Source: Eledone cirrhosa (taxonomy: Eukaryota). From it: a DNA stretch of 64,000 nucleotides. The notes beneath the pieces were generated by a model that was not told the DNA's origin, did not search any database, and was given only the letters and a program-made list of their open reading frames with translations. The first letter of the stretch is position 1. Each line of letters begins with the position of its first letter. The stretch covers positions 26,412,001 to 26,476,000 of the forward strand of contig OZ024762.1 in the NCBI GenBank assembly GCA_964016885.1, written 5' to 3'. Of the stretch, positions 49,527 through 63,059 are shown one piece after another. The translations under genes and the position numbers were made by a program.

Positions 49527-51857
49527 CCGCTGAACCGGTGCGTACAATGACTCACGTTCTATGCAAATTAGTCTACCCACTACTAATTTTCATAGAAAAA
49601 GCATATAACGATATGTGCTTTTACAATTCTCCAGTGAAGCCGGAAGATGGGTAAATATTGCTGATGAGATGTAATAACATCGAAACTAGTCCAATATTCC
49701 TGTCTGGCCCTCTGGTGAATAGAGGAAATGTGTTTCCTTGAAAACCCGTATGACTCTAAAACTCGGTCCGTCTGTGTGGTTACATACAGACTAGCTGACA
49801 CTCACTGTAAAGTGTCTAGTGAAAAGCTGAGTACATGTACATATGTATACATGTGTGTATTTATATGCATACTAATACTTCCGTATACATATGTAGATGT
49901 ACACTTTAACTTAATTGTTTAAGCGTCAGTCATACAAAAGTGAGTTAGAAGCGAAACGAAATTTAATTTCGTTTCGTTATTTGTTTTTATCGTTTCCGCT
50001 GAACCGGTGCGTACAATGACTCACGTTCTATGCAAATTAGTCTACCCACTACTAATTTTCATAGAAAAAGCATATAACGATATGTGCTTTTACAATTCTC
50101 CAGAGAAGCCGGAAGATGGGTAAATATTGCTGATGAGATGTAATAACATCGAAACTAGTCCAATATTCCTGTCTGGCCCTCTGGAGAATAGAGGAAATGT
50201 GTTTCCTTGAAAACCCGTATGACTCTAAAACCCGGTCCGTCTGTATGGTTACATACAGACTAGCTGACACTCACTGTAAAGTGTCTAGTGAAAAGCTGAG
50301 TACATGTACATATGTATACATGTGTGTATTTATATGCATACTAATACTTCCGTATACATATGTAGATGTACACTTTAACTTAATTGTTTAAGCGTCAGTC
50401 ATACAAAAGTGAGTTAGAAGCGAAACGAAATTTAATTTCGTTTCGTTATTTGTTTTTATCGTTTCCGCTGAACCGGTGCGTACAATGACTCACGTTCTAT
50501 GCAAATTAGTCTACCCACTACTAATTTTCATAGAAAAAGCATATAACGATATGTGCTTTTACAATTCTCCAGAGAAGCCGGAAGATGGGTAAATATTGCT
50601 GATGAGATGTAATAACATCGAAACTAGTCCAATATTCCTGTCTGGCCCTCTGGAGAATAGAGGAAATGTGTTTCCTTGAAAACCCGTATGACTCTAAAAC
50701 CCGGTCCGTCTGTATGGTTACATACAGACTAGCTGACACTCACTGTAAAGTGTCTAGTGAAAAGCTGAGTACATGTACATATGTATACATGTGTGTATTT
50801 ATATGCATACTAATACTTCCGTATACATATGTAGATGTACACTTTAACTTAATTGTTTAAGCGTCAGTCATACAAAAGTGAGTTAGAAGCGAAACGAAAT
50901 TTAATTTCGTTTCGTTATTTGTTTTTATCGTTTCCGCTGAACCGGTGCGTACAATGACTCACGTTCTATGCAAATTAGTCTACCCACTACTAATTTTCAT
51001 AGAAAAAGCATATAACGATATGTGCTTTTACAATTCTCCAGAGAAGCCGGAAGATGGGTAAATATTGCTGATGAGATGTAATAACATCGAAACTAGTCCA
51101 ATATTCCTGTCTGGCCCTCTGGAGATAGAGGAAATGTGTTTCCTTGAAAACCCGTATGACTCTAAAACCCGGTCCGTCTGTGTGGTTACATACAGACTAG
51201 CTGACACTCACTGTAAAGTGTCTAGTGAAAAGCTGAGTAAATGTACATATGTATACATGTTGTGTATTTATATGCATACTAATACTTCCGTATACATATG
51301 TAGATGTACACTTTAACTTAATTGTTTAAGCGTCAGTCATACAAAAGTGAGTTAGAAGCGAAACGAAATTTAATTTCGTTTCGTTATTTGTTTTTATCGT
51401 TTCCGCTGAACCGGTGCGTACAATGACTCACGTTCTATGCAAATTAGTCTACCCACTACTAATTTTCATAGAAAAAGCATATAACGATATGTGCTTTTAC
51501 AATTCTCCAGAGAAGCCGGAAGATGGGTAAATATTGCTGATGAGATGTAATAACATCGAAACTAGTCCAATATTCCTGTCTGGCCCTCTCGAGAATAGAG
51601 GAAATGTGTTTCCTTGAAAACCCGTATGACTCTAAAACCCGGTCCGTCTGTATGGTTACATACAGACTAGCTGACACTCACTGTAAAGTGTCTAGTGAAA
51701 AGCTGAGTACATGTACATATGTATACATGTGTGTATTTATATGCATACTAATACTTCCGTATACATATGTAGATGTACACTTTAACTTAATTGTTTAAGC
51801 GTCAGTCATAAAAGTGAGTTAGAAGCGAAACGAAATTTAATTTCGTTTCGTTATTTG

Positions 51858-51863
<6 letters not shown>
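49527..51863 (+). mobile_element. Five tandem 469-bp units, each with a type I hammerhead ribozyme (retrozyme-like array)
   Basis: Units start at 49527, 49996, 50465, 50934 and 51403 and are near-identical; (TA)n on both sides; no meaningful ORF. Confidence 0.9.
49626..49720 (+). ncRNA. Type I hammerhead ribozyme, unit 1 (identical cores at +469, +938, +1407, +1876)
   Basis: Stem I aatattg/caatatt; CTGATGA (49661-49667); stem II GATGT-aata-ACATC; GAAA (49682-49685); stem III ACTAGT; GUC site at 49691. Extended stem I agatggg/cctgtct, gcc/ggc, attctccagag/ctctggagaat (the last perfect in units 2-3). Confidence 0.9.
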
Positions 51864-51912
<49 letters not shown>

Positions 51913-52004
51913 CCAGAAGAAGGGATATTCAATTTGTTGGTAATTCAACAAATATAAATGTTTATAACTGATTGAGAGCACTCAACAAGTTTTCTGGAGT
52001 ATAA

Positions 52005-52376
52005 TATACAATGATATTAAATAAATGGGAACTATATTTATAAAACCATATTTATTCTATTATATATATTTCAAGGGTACCAAAATTTAGGTACGCCATC
52101 ATCAGATAAAATACAAAATGTTTCATAAATATTTGACATAACCAAGGATAATATACCTTAACGGTTCAAGTTATCCCTGGAAAGCGGATAACTTCCAGGG
52201 ATAATTTGAACCATTAAGGTGTATTATCCTTAGTTATGGCAACATTTATAAAACACACTTGGTATTTTATCTGATGATAGCGTGCCAAAATGTTGGTACC
52301 CTTGAAATATATATAATAGAATAGAATAAATATGATTTTATAAATATAGTTTCCATATATTTAATATCATTGTATA
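52005..52376. mobile_element. ~370-bp palindromic element with an HHR motif in each arm
   Basis: Arms of ~178 bp around a loop at ~52183-52192. Plus arm 52263-52323: tattttat-CTGATGA-stem II-GAAA-tatata-ta-atagaata. Confidence 0.7.
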
Positions 52377-52666
52377 TATATATATGTATACCTGTATGTA
52401 TATATATATACATACAAGTGTATATGCATGTCGATCAGTGGCTGGAATTGAACTCACTAAGAGCTAATTTCTGCCCACTGTGAGACCAGATATTCCAGTA
52501 TTTTAGACACGAATCTATATTCTCTCATTTTCATCTATTTTCAGTTTCGATCATTTGCAAGACAACCTGTCAGCAAGTCTTCTTTTATTTTTGGCTTATT
52601 CTTAAAGTTTTTTCTTGTTATATATATCTCTGTGTCTCTCTCTATATAACATTATAATTTATATGA

Positions 52667-52796
<130 letters not shown>

Positions 52797-52825
52797 GTAT
52801 GTATATACATACATATATATGTATG

Positions 52826-52865
<40 letters not shown>

Positions 52866-53204
52866 GACGTACATGTCTGTACATGTCTTATTGTATGCTA
52901 TTTTATTACATATTAATAATTATCATTTTAAAGAATAATTTTTGCATATATATGTACGTATATATATATATATATATATGTGTGTATGGACAGCTTAGAA
53001 ATATATATATATATATATTGGTATGTATTTACTGATGAAGTCTCATTAATATGCAAAAGTGTTTATATTGAGGCGTTTACAGGCTTGGTTTTCATGAAGT
53101 TCTCATTGGAAATTTCCTACATTCAATCGTTTGTTATAAGAATTGCATTTCGTTGGACAAGTGTGGCGATTTTGTTTATTCTCAATTCATCTTCTGCTTA
53201 AATA

Positions 53205-53338
53205 TACAACGCACGACACACAACACAAAACACACAACACACAACATGCAACATACGCAACACACAACACACAACATACAACATACGCAACACAAAACAT
53301 ACACAACATACAACACACAACATACACAACACACAACG
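53205..53338. repeat. (CAACA)n-like microsatellite
   Basis: Directly visible. Confidence 0.85.
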
Positions 53339-53454
53339 TACCCTCCAAGAGAAACTTCTAGCAGTTTTACAGCTTACCTTGTTTCGTATTATCCTTTTCG
53401 ATTACTAAGCCATAATCTACCTCCCATTTGCCTCCATTGTTTGAAATACTGTTT

Positions 53455-53975
53455 TCGTTATTTTATTTTTTTCATATTTTGAAATTTTTCCCTTTTTTTA
53501 TTTTTATTTTATTTTACTTTTCAGTTGTTTTTTTTTTCTTTTTTTTCTATTCGAAATTTTATTTTTGGAATTTTATTTTTCTACTTTTCCCATTTGTTTT
53601 CTTTTTTTATTTTTATTTAATATAATTTTTTTAATTTTTATTTTCTATTTGAAATTTTATTTTTGTAATTTTATTTTTCCATTTTTCTAATTTGTTTCTT
53701 TTTTTAATTTTTATTTTATATTATTTTTTATTTTTATTTTCTATTTGAAATTTTATTTTTGTAATTTTATTTTTTAATTTATCTCATTTATTCATTTTTC
53801 TTAAATTCTTAATTTATTTTACTTTTTATTTTATAATTTGTTATTTTCTATTTAAAATTTTATTTTTGTTATTTTTATTTTTTAGTCTTTAGTTTGTTTC
53901 TTTTTTTAATTTTTACTTTATGTTAGTTTTTAGCTGTTGTTTATTTTTTTTTATTTTTTTTTTTTATTTGTTATC
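53455..53975. repeat. T-rich low-complexity tract with degenerate internal repeats
   Basis: 'ttttctatttgaaattttatttttgtaattttatttt' recurs several times. Confidence 0.8.
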
Positions 53976-54142
53976 TCCCTAGCTTTCTTTTCGATTACCA
54001 TCTCTAAGGAGTTCTCTATACTTCTTCTCCCCAGTCTGTCATGGCTTACTAGCTCTATACGGATGTTTAAATTGCATAAATAAATGAATAAATAAATACA
54101 ACATACAACACCTTTATCTTGTGTAGAAAACTTATTGCGTCA

Positions 54143-54213
<71 letters not shown>

Positions 54214-54363
54214 GTGTATATATATATATGTATATATATATATATGTATATATATATGTATATATATATGTACATATATATATATATTTATTTTATAGTA
54301 AATATGCCTATAAATATATATATAAATACATATATATATATATATATAAATATATATATAAAT

Positions 54364-54449
<86 letters not shown>

Positions 54450-54534
54450 TTATATATATATGTATTTATATATATATTTATATGCATATTTACTATATAA
54501 ATATATATATGTACATATATATATACATATATAT

Positions 54535-54594
<60 letters not shown>

Positions 54595-54620
54595 TGCAAA
54601 TAAATACACACACACATACT

Positions 54621-54652
<32 letters not shown>

Positions 54653-54664
54653 CACACACACATA

Positions 54665-54703
<39 letters not shown>

Positions 54704-54987
54704 TGCAAATATCTATACTTTATTGAAATGTTTAACGAAATATATAACACGAGAAAATAAATTTATGAACAAACAGATATCGCGAAATATTGCTATAAAA
54801 ATGTTCTGTCATTTAGCTGACAAATATACAAATGTTTTTTCTCAGTAAACGCTGGATAGCTATTGTGTAAAACACCATGCAGTTTGGCGTAGGAAAACAA
54901 TCTGAATTATTACAAATATTTTTCTTTCTTTCAATTGTTTTCTCGGATCCCGTGCTGCAACACCTGCCCTACTGTATAGAATCTCTC

Positions 54988-55086
<99 letters not shown>

Positions 55087-56014
55087 AATAAATTATACAG
55101 TTATCAAACTTGTGTTCAAAAATAGCTGACAATCGTTTCCCCCAAACCCTCGTTTGGTATCATCGGACCATTATTATTAATGTTTGCACATATTGTTACC
55201 CTCCTATTCAACTGAACAATAATATAGATACATATAAATTGATGTTGTGAGCAACAGTTTCGTATTTACAGGGTGGAATTGATGTGACATATATTTTACG
55301 AGAATTGTACAATAATTGTAGAAATATTCAAGTTCAAATTCAAATCAAAATTTTAATTAAAATCAAAATTAAAATCAAAAGCACGGAGTGGAATACATGC
55401 AACAGATAAAACAAGAAACTAGTCCAAATATTAAAGGGGCATTGAGGAAGCAGTTTTGAGAAAGGAAGAGTGCGATAACAAATCATATGCAGGCGTGTGG
55501 ATAGTGTGACTGCGTAAGTCATATACATGAGAAGGGGACAAGCAAAGCTATTATGCATATATAGATGACTAAATACTGCAGTTGAAGCAAATATGTTAAT
55601 GTATTAGAGTCTATGGTGGATGTTGAATGTTGATGGTGTTCGAATTAATGTGTGTTGAGAAACATACAGTTTTTGCAGACTTTTCATTGAAAATTTAACG
55701 GTTGATCAAATATAGTCTATGAACATGAATTCTTTAAGACTAATTTACAAACCATTGCTCTAACTAACTTAAAACACTCAATATAAACATTAACTGAAAT
55801 TTAATTCAACATATGTCATGGAAAAGTCTGCAAAGACTGTATGTTTCTCAATATATATATATTTTACTCTCTCACTCTTTTACTTGTTCCAGGCATCCGG
55901 CTGAGGCTATACTGTATATATATTTATTCATTTAATTATTTATTTATATATATATGTATATATTAATATTTATATATGTATGTAAAAGGTAAACAGACAT
56001 AATATATATATATA

Positions 56015-56130
56015 AGCGTGAGGCTGAGTGGTTAGAGAATTGGAATCACAATCTTGAGGTTGTGAGTTCGATTCCTGGACCGGGCAATGCGTTATGTCCT
56101 TGAGCAAGACACTTTATTTCACGTTGCTCC
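56015..56130 (+). mobile_element. tRNA-derived SINE head with CORE-like segment (second SINE family)
   Basis: A box ggctgagtgg, B box gagttcgattcc, then tgtccttgagcaagacactt. Confidence 0.7.
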
Positions 56131-56226
56131 TTCTACCTGGAGTTGAGACCGATAGATAGTATTAGCAACTGGAGAGACCAACGGAAACAGTGTTTCCTCG
56201 GTCCGATTTGACGAAAGTCGATCGAT

Positions 56227-56261
<35 letters not shown>

Positions 56262-56265
<4 letters not shown>

Positions 56266-56611
56266 GATATTAACAAATGGAAACTATATTTATAAAACCA
56301 TATTTCTTTCATTATACATATTTCAAGGATACCAAGTTAAATTATGGTATGCCTTCATCAGACAAAATACAATATATACCAGTTTTATAAATAAACATTG
56401 ACGTACCCTTTCAAAATGCGACCATTACTTTTGGAAGACAAAAGTAATGGTCGCATTTTGAAAGGGTACGTCAATGTTTATTTATAAAACTTGTATATAT
56501 TGTATTTTGTCTGATGAAGGCATACCATAATTTAACTTGGTATCCTTGAAATATGTATAATGAAATAAATATGATTTTATAAATATAGTTTCCATTTGTT
56601 AATATCGTATA
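56262..56611. mobile_element. ~350-bp near-perfect palindrome with HHR-like motifs, related to 52005-52376
   Basis: Arms of ~172 bp, loop gaaga (56434-56438). Plus arm: tattttgt-CTGATGA-agg.atacca...tggtat.cct-t-GAAA. Confidence 0.7.
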
Positions 56612-56694
56612 TCTACTCCAAATACTTGTCGCGTGCTTTATATCAGTTATAAAAATATTTGCTTGTTGTATCCCAACAAATTAAATATAACTTT

Positions 56695-56739
<45 letters not shown>

Positions 56740-56895
56740 TCATACATACCTATATATAAACACATACACATACATTCACAAACACAAAATATTTTACATC
56801 GGTAGCGAGTCTACGCATATATTTATTGTATGTATAATTATTATATATATTTATCTATATCTTCCTATACATTTCTATTATATATATATATACAT

Positions 56896-56979
<84 letters not shown>

Positions 56980-57104
56980 ATATAATAAAAATGTATAGGA
57001 AGATAGAGATAAATATATATAATACTTATACATACAATAAATATATGCGTAGAAACAATTTTCTGTTTATAATATTGTCAGTAACTTCGAAGTATCAGCT
57101 TTGA

Positions 57105-57940
57105 GGTTTGGTGATGATTGAACTGATGGTGGTTTTGGTGGGTGGTTGCGTTGGTGGAGGTGTCGGTGCTGGTGCTTGTGGTTGCGGTGGTGGTGGTATT
57201 GGTGGGTGGTTGCTTTGGTGGATGTGTCGGTGCTGGTTCTGGTGGTTGTGGTGGTGGTGGTTTTAGTGGGTGGTTGCGTTGGTGGAGGTGTCGGTGGTTG
57301 CTGCTGTGGTGGTGGTGGTTGTGATGGTCGTTGCGGCGGTGGTTTCGGAGGTGGTTTTGGTGGTTTCAGTGATGGTGGTATTAATGTGTGGTTGCGTTGA
57401 TGGTGGTGTCGGTGGTGTCTCCTTGGTGGTAGTTTTGGTGATGGTGGTTGCGTTGATGGTGGTGTCGGTGGAGGTTTTGGTCGTTCCCGTAGTGGTGTAT
57501 TTTGTGATGGTTGTTTTGGTGGTTGTGGTGATTGCAATGGTGTTGGTTTCGGTAGGTTTGGCGGTTTCAGCAATTGCAGTTTTGATGCTGGTTGTTTGCA
57601 ATGGCGGTTGTTTTGCTGGTTTCGGTGGTGGTGGTGGTGGAGGCTGCGGTGGGTTTTGGTAATTGCTGGGATGGTGGGTACGGTGATGGTTGTTTCGGTG
57701 ATAGTGATCGTAGTGGTTTTCGTGGGTGTGGTGATAGTGGGTGTTTTGATGACTGCTGTGATGTGGTTATGGCGATGGTGTTGTTGGTAATATTGAGGTT
57801 GTGAATAAAAATGATGATGATGATGATGATGATGATGATGTTGATGATGATGATGAGAAGGAGGAGGAGGTGGAGAAGGAGGAGGAGGAGGAGGAGGGTA
57901 GGAGGGGGCGGAAGAGAATGATAATAATGACGATGACATC
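57105..57940. repeat. Degenerate GGT/GAT/GGA low-complexity region
   Basis: Trinucleotide-derived; a short internal duplication 'ggttgcgttg..ggtggtgtcggtg' recurs 4 times. Confidence 0.8.
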
Positions 57941-58227
57941 TTAATTCCAGAAATTCAAACTGGAAATTAGCTTATATTCTTAACGCGGAAATGCGCTCTA
58001 TTCGTCCTGGTGGAGAATAATGAAATTAAAGATTGCATGTCATAGAGAGGAAAGGACAGATAATACCCTAAATTGATTGTAAAAATTGATCTGGTATAAA
58101 TTGGACACGCGGCAATTACACACATACATATATATATACATACATGCATACACACACATATCTATATTTATTTATTTATTTAAAAGATACATACCTTTAT
58201 ATATATATATATATATGTGTGTGTGTT

Positions 58228-58258
<31 letters not shown>

Positions 58259-58267
58259 GTGTGTGTT

Positions 58268-58308
<41 letters not shown>

Positions 58309-58437
58309 ATATGTGTGTATATATATATATGTATTTGTGTATATATACACACACATATATATATATATATATATGTATAAATTAATATACATATGTAAAT
58401 ATATATAAATTATTATACATATGTATATATATATATT

Positions 58438-58468
<31 letters not shown>

Positions 58469-58608
58469 ATGTTTATATATATATAGTATATATATATACA
58501 TAGATGTATATATATATATGTATATATATATACATACATGTATATATATATGTATATATATATGCATACATGTATATATATATATATATGAATATATATA
58601 TATATGTA

Positions 58609-58719
<111 letters not shown>

Positions 58720-58897
58720 TAATTTCAAATTATATTGTCATCTATCCATAAATATATTTTTCATTTACGTATAATCCTTGTTCACACAATTTAATAGAAG
58801 TGTATTTTTTTAATTTAGTTTTATGGTGTACATCTTTATTATGTGTGATAGAGATTCGACGTGTTTAATACATGTACGAATGTCAGTTTATATATAT

Positions 58898-59062
<165 letters not shown>

Positions 59063-59069
59063 TATATAC

Positions 59070-59119
<50 letters not shown>

Positions 59120-59130
59120 ATATATATATA

Positions 59131-59252
<122 letters not shown>

Positions 59253-59446
59253 TATACATGTGTAAGTGTATATAAATGTGTTCCTGTAAGTATGTGCTTG
59301 TGTGTGTGTATCTTAAAGAATGTAATTTCTGCGCTGCACTTGTGCCTGTCTCATTTTTTTATGTTTCCTCAGTATCGTAATAAAAGTCAGCGTCACGACT
59401 TTGGTCCCAGATCACATATATTCCTTAGTCGTCATTCTACCATAAT

Positions 59447-60037
59447 TATACATTCATACTCATACATAGCACCCCCAACATATACATTCATACTCATACA
59501 TAGCACCCCCAACATATACATTCATACTCATACATAGCACCCCCAACGTATACATTCATACTCATACACAGCACCCCCAACATATACATTCATACTCATA
59601 CACAGCACCCCCAACATATACATTCATACTCATACATAGCACGCCTAACATATACATTCATACTCATACATAGCAACACCATATACATTCATACCCATAC
59701 ATAGCACACCCAACATATACATTCATACTCATACATAGCACCCCCAACATATACATTCATACTCATACATAGCACGCCTAACATATACATTCATACTCAT
59801 ACATAGCAACCCCATATACATTCATACTCATACATAGCACCCCCAACATATACATTCATACTCATACACAGCACCCCCAACATATACATTCATACTCATA
59901 CATAGCACGCCCAGCATATACATTCATACTCATACATAGCACGCCCAGCATATACATTCATACTCATACATAGCACCCCCAACATATACATTCATACTCA
60001 TACATAGCACCCCTAACATATACATTCATACTCATAT
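59447..60037. repeat. 34-bp minisatellite (~17 copies)
   Basis: Unit acatatacattcatactcatacatagcaccccca; period 59481->59515. Confidence 0.95.
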
Positions 60038-60190
60038 ACACACACGCTTCTACCCCTCCGCATATACACCCTCTCCGCATGCAATCACACACAATGACAC
60101 GCATACACACACTTGAACTGCTGAACACGTTTGACAAATTGAGAATTTAACTTATATGACAAGATGATTATATATATGTATATATATATG

Positions 60191-60236
<46 letters not shown>

Positions 60237-60257
60237 CATATGTGAGCGTTTGTGTGT

Positions 60258-60342
<85 letters not shown>

Positions 60343-60524
60343 ATATATAAGATCAAAAGATGGTTAAAAGATTTCCATGTATTTTATTATGCGCATAAAT
60401 ACATGGAACTCTTTTAACCATCTTTTGATCTTATATATTATTTATACTCCAGTCCTACAAACTGTAGAGTTCTACTTATCCGATATCTGCATTGCTTTAT
60501 TCTACTACAATAAAGCTCACCTCC

Positions 60525-60599
<75 letters not shown>

Positions 60600-60906
60600 A
60601 AATAAAAATAAAAATACAAATAAAGATTCAGCGAGAATCGCATTTCCGCGGGTAGGAAAGGCGAAGAGAAACGCAAAAATCAGAAACGATACTGGCAAAG
60701 TGGTCAATAGTTAAAAACCAGAGGTAAACAATGTGTTAAGAAGCCATACAAAACTGAAAAGGTGGTCAAGAAGGCATTAACCACCAAAGCCAGAAACCAA
60801 ATCAAGCTAAACAGGTCAAAACAAAATAAATGATAACCAGACCTGGACTCCCGGAATTGCTGTTAATTCTTCGGAAAGTATGAATCCCACATACACACAC
60901 ACACAC

Positions 60907-60935
60907 ATATATATATTGCTATTTCAGAGCTCCAA

Positions 60936-60976
<41 letters not shown>

Positions 60977-61766
60977 GAATTGGAGCTCTGAAATAGCAAT
61001 ATATATATGGATGTATATATAATGTATTTTGCAATACACTTTATGCTTAATTAAAAGCATTTTGAAGACCGTATGCTATTGTTTTAGAGTAGTGACAAAT
61101 TCACTTACTTTAATCTCAGCAAACAGGGGAGATAAGCCGACAAGGCCTTGTTTCGCTTTTGTTGAAGCTTATCAAGGCTAACTACCCCTCCTGTCTACTG
61201 AGATTACTGATGTTATATTCTTATAGAAATCTAGTAAATAATCAGGAACTGATTATACAGAGCTATTGTTGGTCAGGCAGAAATTAAAAATTAGAATTGG
61301 AGCTCTGAAATAGCAATATATATATGGATGTATATATAATGTATTTTGCAATACAACTTATGCTTAATTAAAAGCATTTTGAAGACCGTATGCTATTGTT
61401 TTAGAGTAGTGACAAATTCACTTACTTTAATCTCAGCAAACATATACATCCATATATATATTGCTATTTCAGTGCTCCAATTCTAATTTTTAATTTCTGC
61501 CTGACCAACAATAGCTCTGTATAATCAGTTCCTGATTATTTACTAGAATTCTATAAGAATATAACATCAGTAATCTCAGTAGACAGGAGGAGTAGTTAGC
61601 CTTGATAAGCTTCAACAAAAGCGAAACAAGGCCTTGTCGGCTTATCTCCCCTGTTTGCTGAGATTAAAGTAAGTGAATTTGTCACTACTCTAAAACAATA
61701 GCATACGGTCTTCAAAATGCTTTTAATTAAGCATAAAGTGTATTGCAAAATACATTATATATACAT

Positions 61767-61775
<9 letters not shown>
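60907..61775. mobile_element. 317-bp HHR-bearing unit in direct (about 1.5 copies) plus inverted (1 copy) arrangement within (TA)n
   Basis: tagaattggagctctgaaatagc at 60975 and 61292; 61442-61775 is the reverse complement; short inverted stub at 60907-60940. Confidence 0.85.
61571..61666 (+). ncRNA. Type I hammerhead ribozyme with U3-A8 core variant (second copy on minus strand at 61111-61206)
   Basis: Long stem I taatctcagtagacagg..agcc / ggct..cctgtttgctgagatta; core TTGATAA; stem II gctt/aagc; GAAA; palindromic stem III ACAAGGCCTTGT; GUC site at 61638. Confidence 0.8.
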
Positions 61776-61814
<39 letters not shown>

Positions 61815-61820
<6 letters not shown>

Positions 61821-62585
61821 ATACTTTGGGCGGGTCATGTTGCCAATAAGAAACACACGCACCAGTCGCTTTCACTTCAATTTATTATAATAAATTTATA
61901 AATTTAGGAATTTATAAAAATTTCCGGTTGGTTGGTTCCACAACCAGATGGTTGTTTATATATTGTCAAAGTTCTTTCGTCACACATTATGTGACTTCTT
62001 CAGTGACTGGGGATTCTTTTCTTTGATTTTTGTGCCTCTCCTGTGTTCTTTCCTACGCCATCAACTTTTTGTGTGTGTGTTGTGTGCTTAGTTTGCGCAT
62101 GTGTTACATCCGGGTGTTTGTGTGTGTTTATATTCATTTATTTATTTGTTTATTTACATGTTACTGGTTGGTTGTTTCTTCTATGTGCGTGTGTGTTTTC
62201 ATTTTGTCCTTAATTGTAAGTTGTGATGTTGCTGTTCCACTCATGTTTTCTATTTAATTTTGGTTGGAGTTCATTCTGTGATTTGTCTAAACATTGCGTC
62301 TTTTCTGTGTGTAGATTCTATTTTTATTTCTATGTTCTCTAATTCACCCTTATGTTCTATTTAAGCATGTTGGTAGAGTACAGATGATTCTTTACTATCT
62401 TGAAGGTCTCGTCAGTGTTCATTTATCCGTTCTCCTATACTGCGAGCTGCCTCACCTATGTACACTATATTTTTGTCTCTACTTTGTCCTTCGGTACATC
62501 TAATGCTATATACTACATTTCTAATTTTACAGTTATTATGGGGGCTTAACTTACAGATTATACATTTCTTATCTATACAGGGAGG
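61815..62585 (-). mobile_element. Penelope-like element 3' fragment (GIY-YIG remnant + pLTR with minimal HHR)
   Basis: Minus strand: 'CIDKKCIIC..NCKIRNVVYSIRCTEGQSRDKNIVYIGEAARSIGERINEH*'. HHR CTGAAGA...GAAA at ~61963-62006 on the minus strand. Confidence 0.75.
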
Positions 62586-62785
62586 TCTTTGAAAAGGGTA
62601 TGTCTTGCTAATAAGTGTTTTTATAAAAACACTTATTAGAAAGACATACCTCTCGATTCCTGATGATTTCTAAAGAATGAAACAGTTCTACTCCTGTAGA
62701 ATCTCATCTATATTAAAACTTTTATACTCTGCTATGTATCGAGTAACTTACTTACTGTGATTACCTCCGATTCAACCCGGAATAT

Positions 62786-62850
<65 letters not shown>

Positions 62851-62854
62851 TATA

Positions 62855-62921
<67 letters not shown>

Positions 62922-63013
62922 AGCGTGTGTGTGTGTGGATTCATACTTTCCGCTATGAATCTGAAAAGAATCCTGCATCAGTGATCAATGAAAGCTACAT
63001 AACTGCACCAAAA

Positions 63014-63046
<33 letters not shown>

Positions 63047-63059
63047 TAAATAATAATAT

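Noticed and set aside
49583-51798. Repeated 64-72 aa ORFs in the 469-bp units
   Set aside because: No recognisable domain, disrupted by indels in unit 4 and not conserved in the sister element.
56015-56090. tRNA-like A/B boxes (also at 18400 and 63521)
   Set aside because: SINE heads without a complete cloverleaf, not tRNA genes.
57067-57939. 290-aa Pro/Thr/His-rich ORF (mucin-like)
   Set aside because: Low-complexity sequence open in several frames, with no supportable splice or domain evidence.
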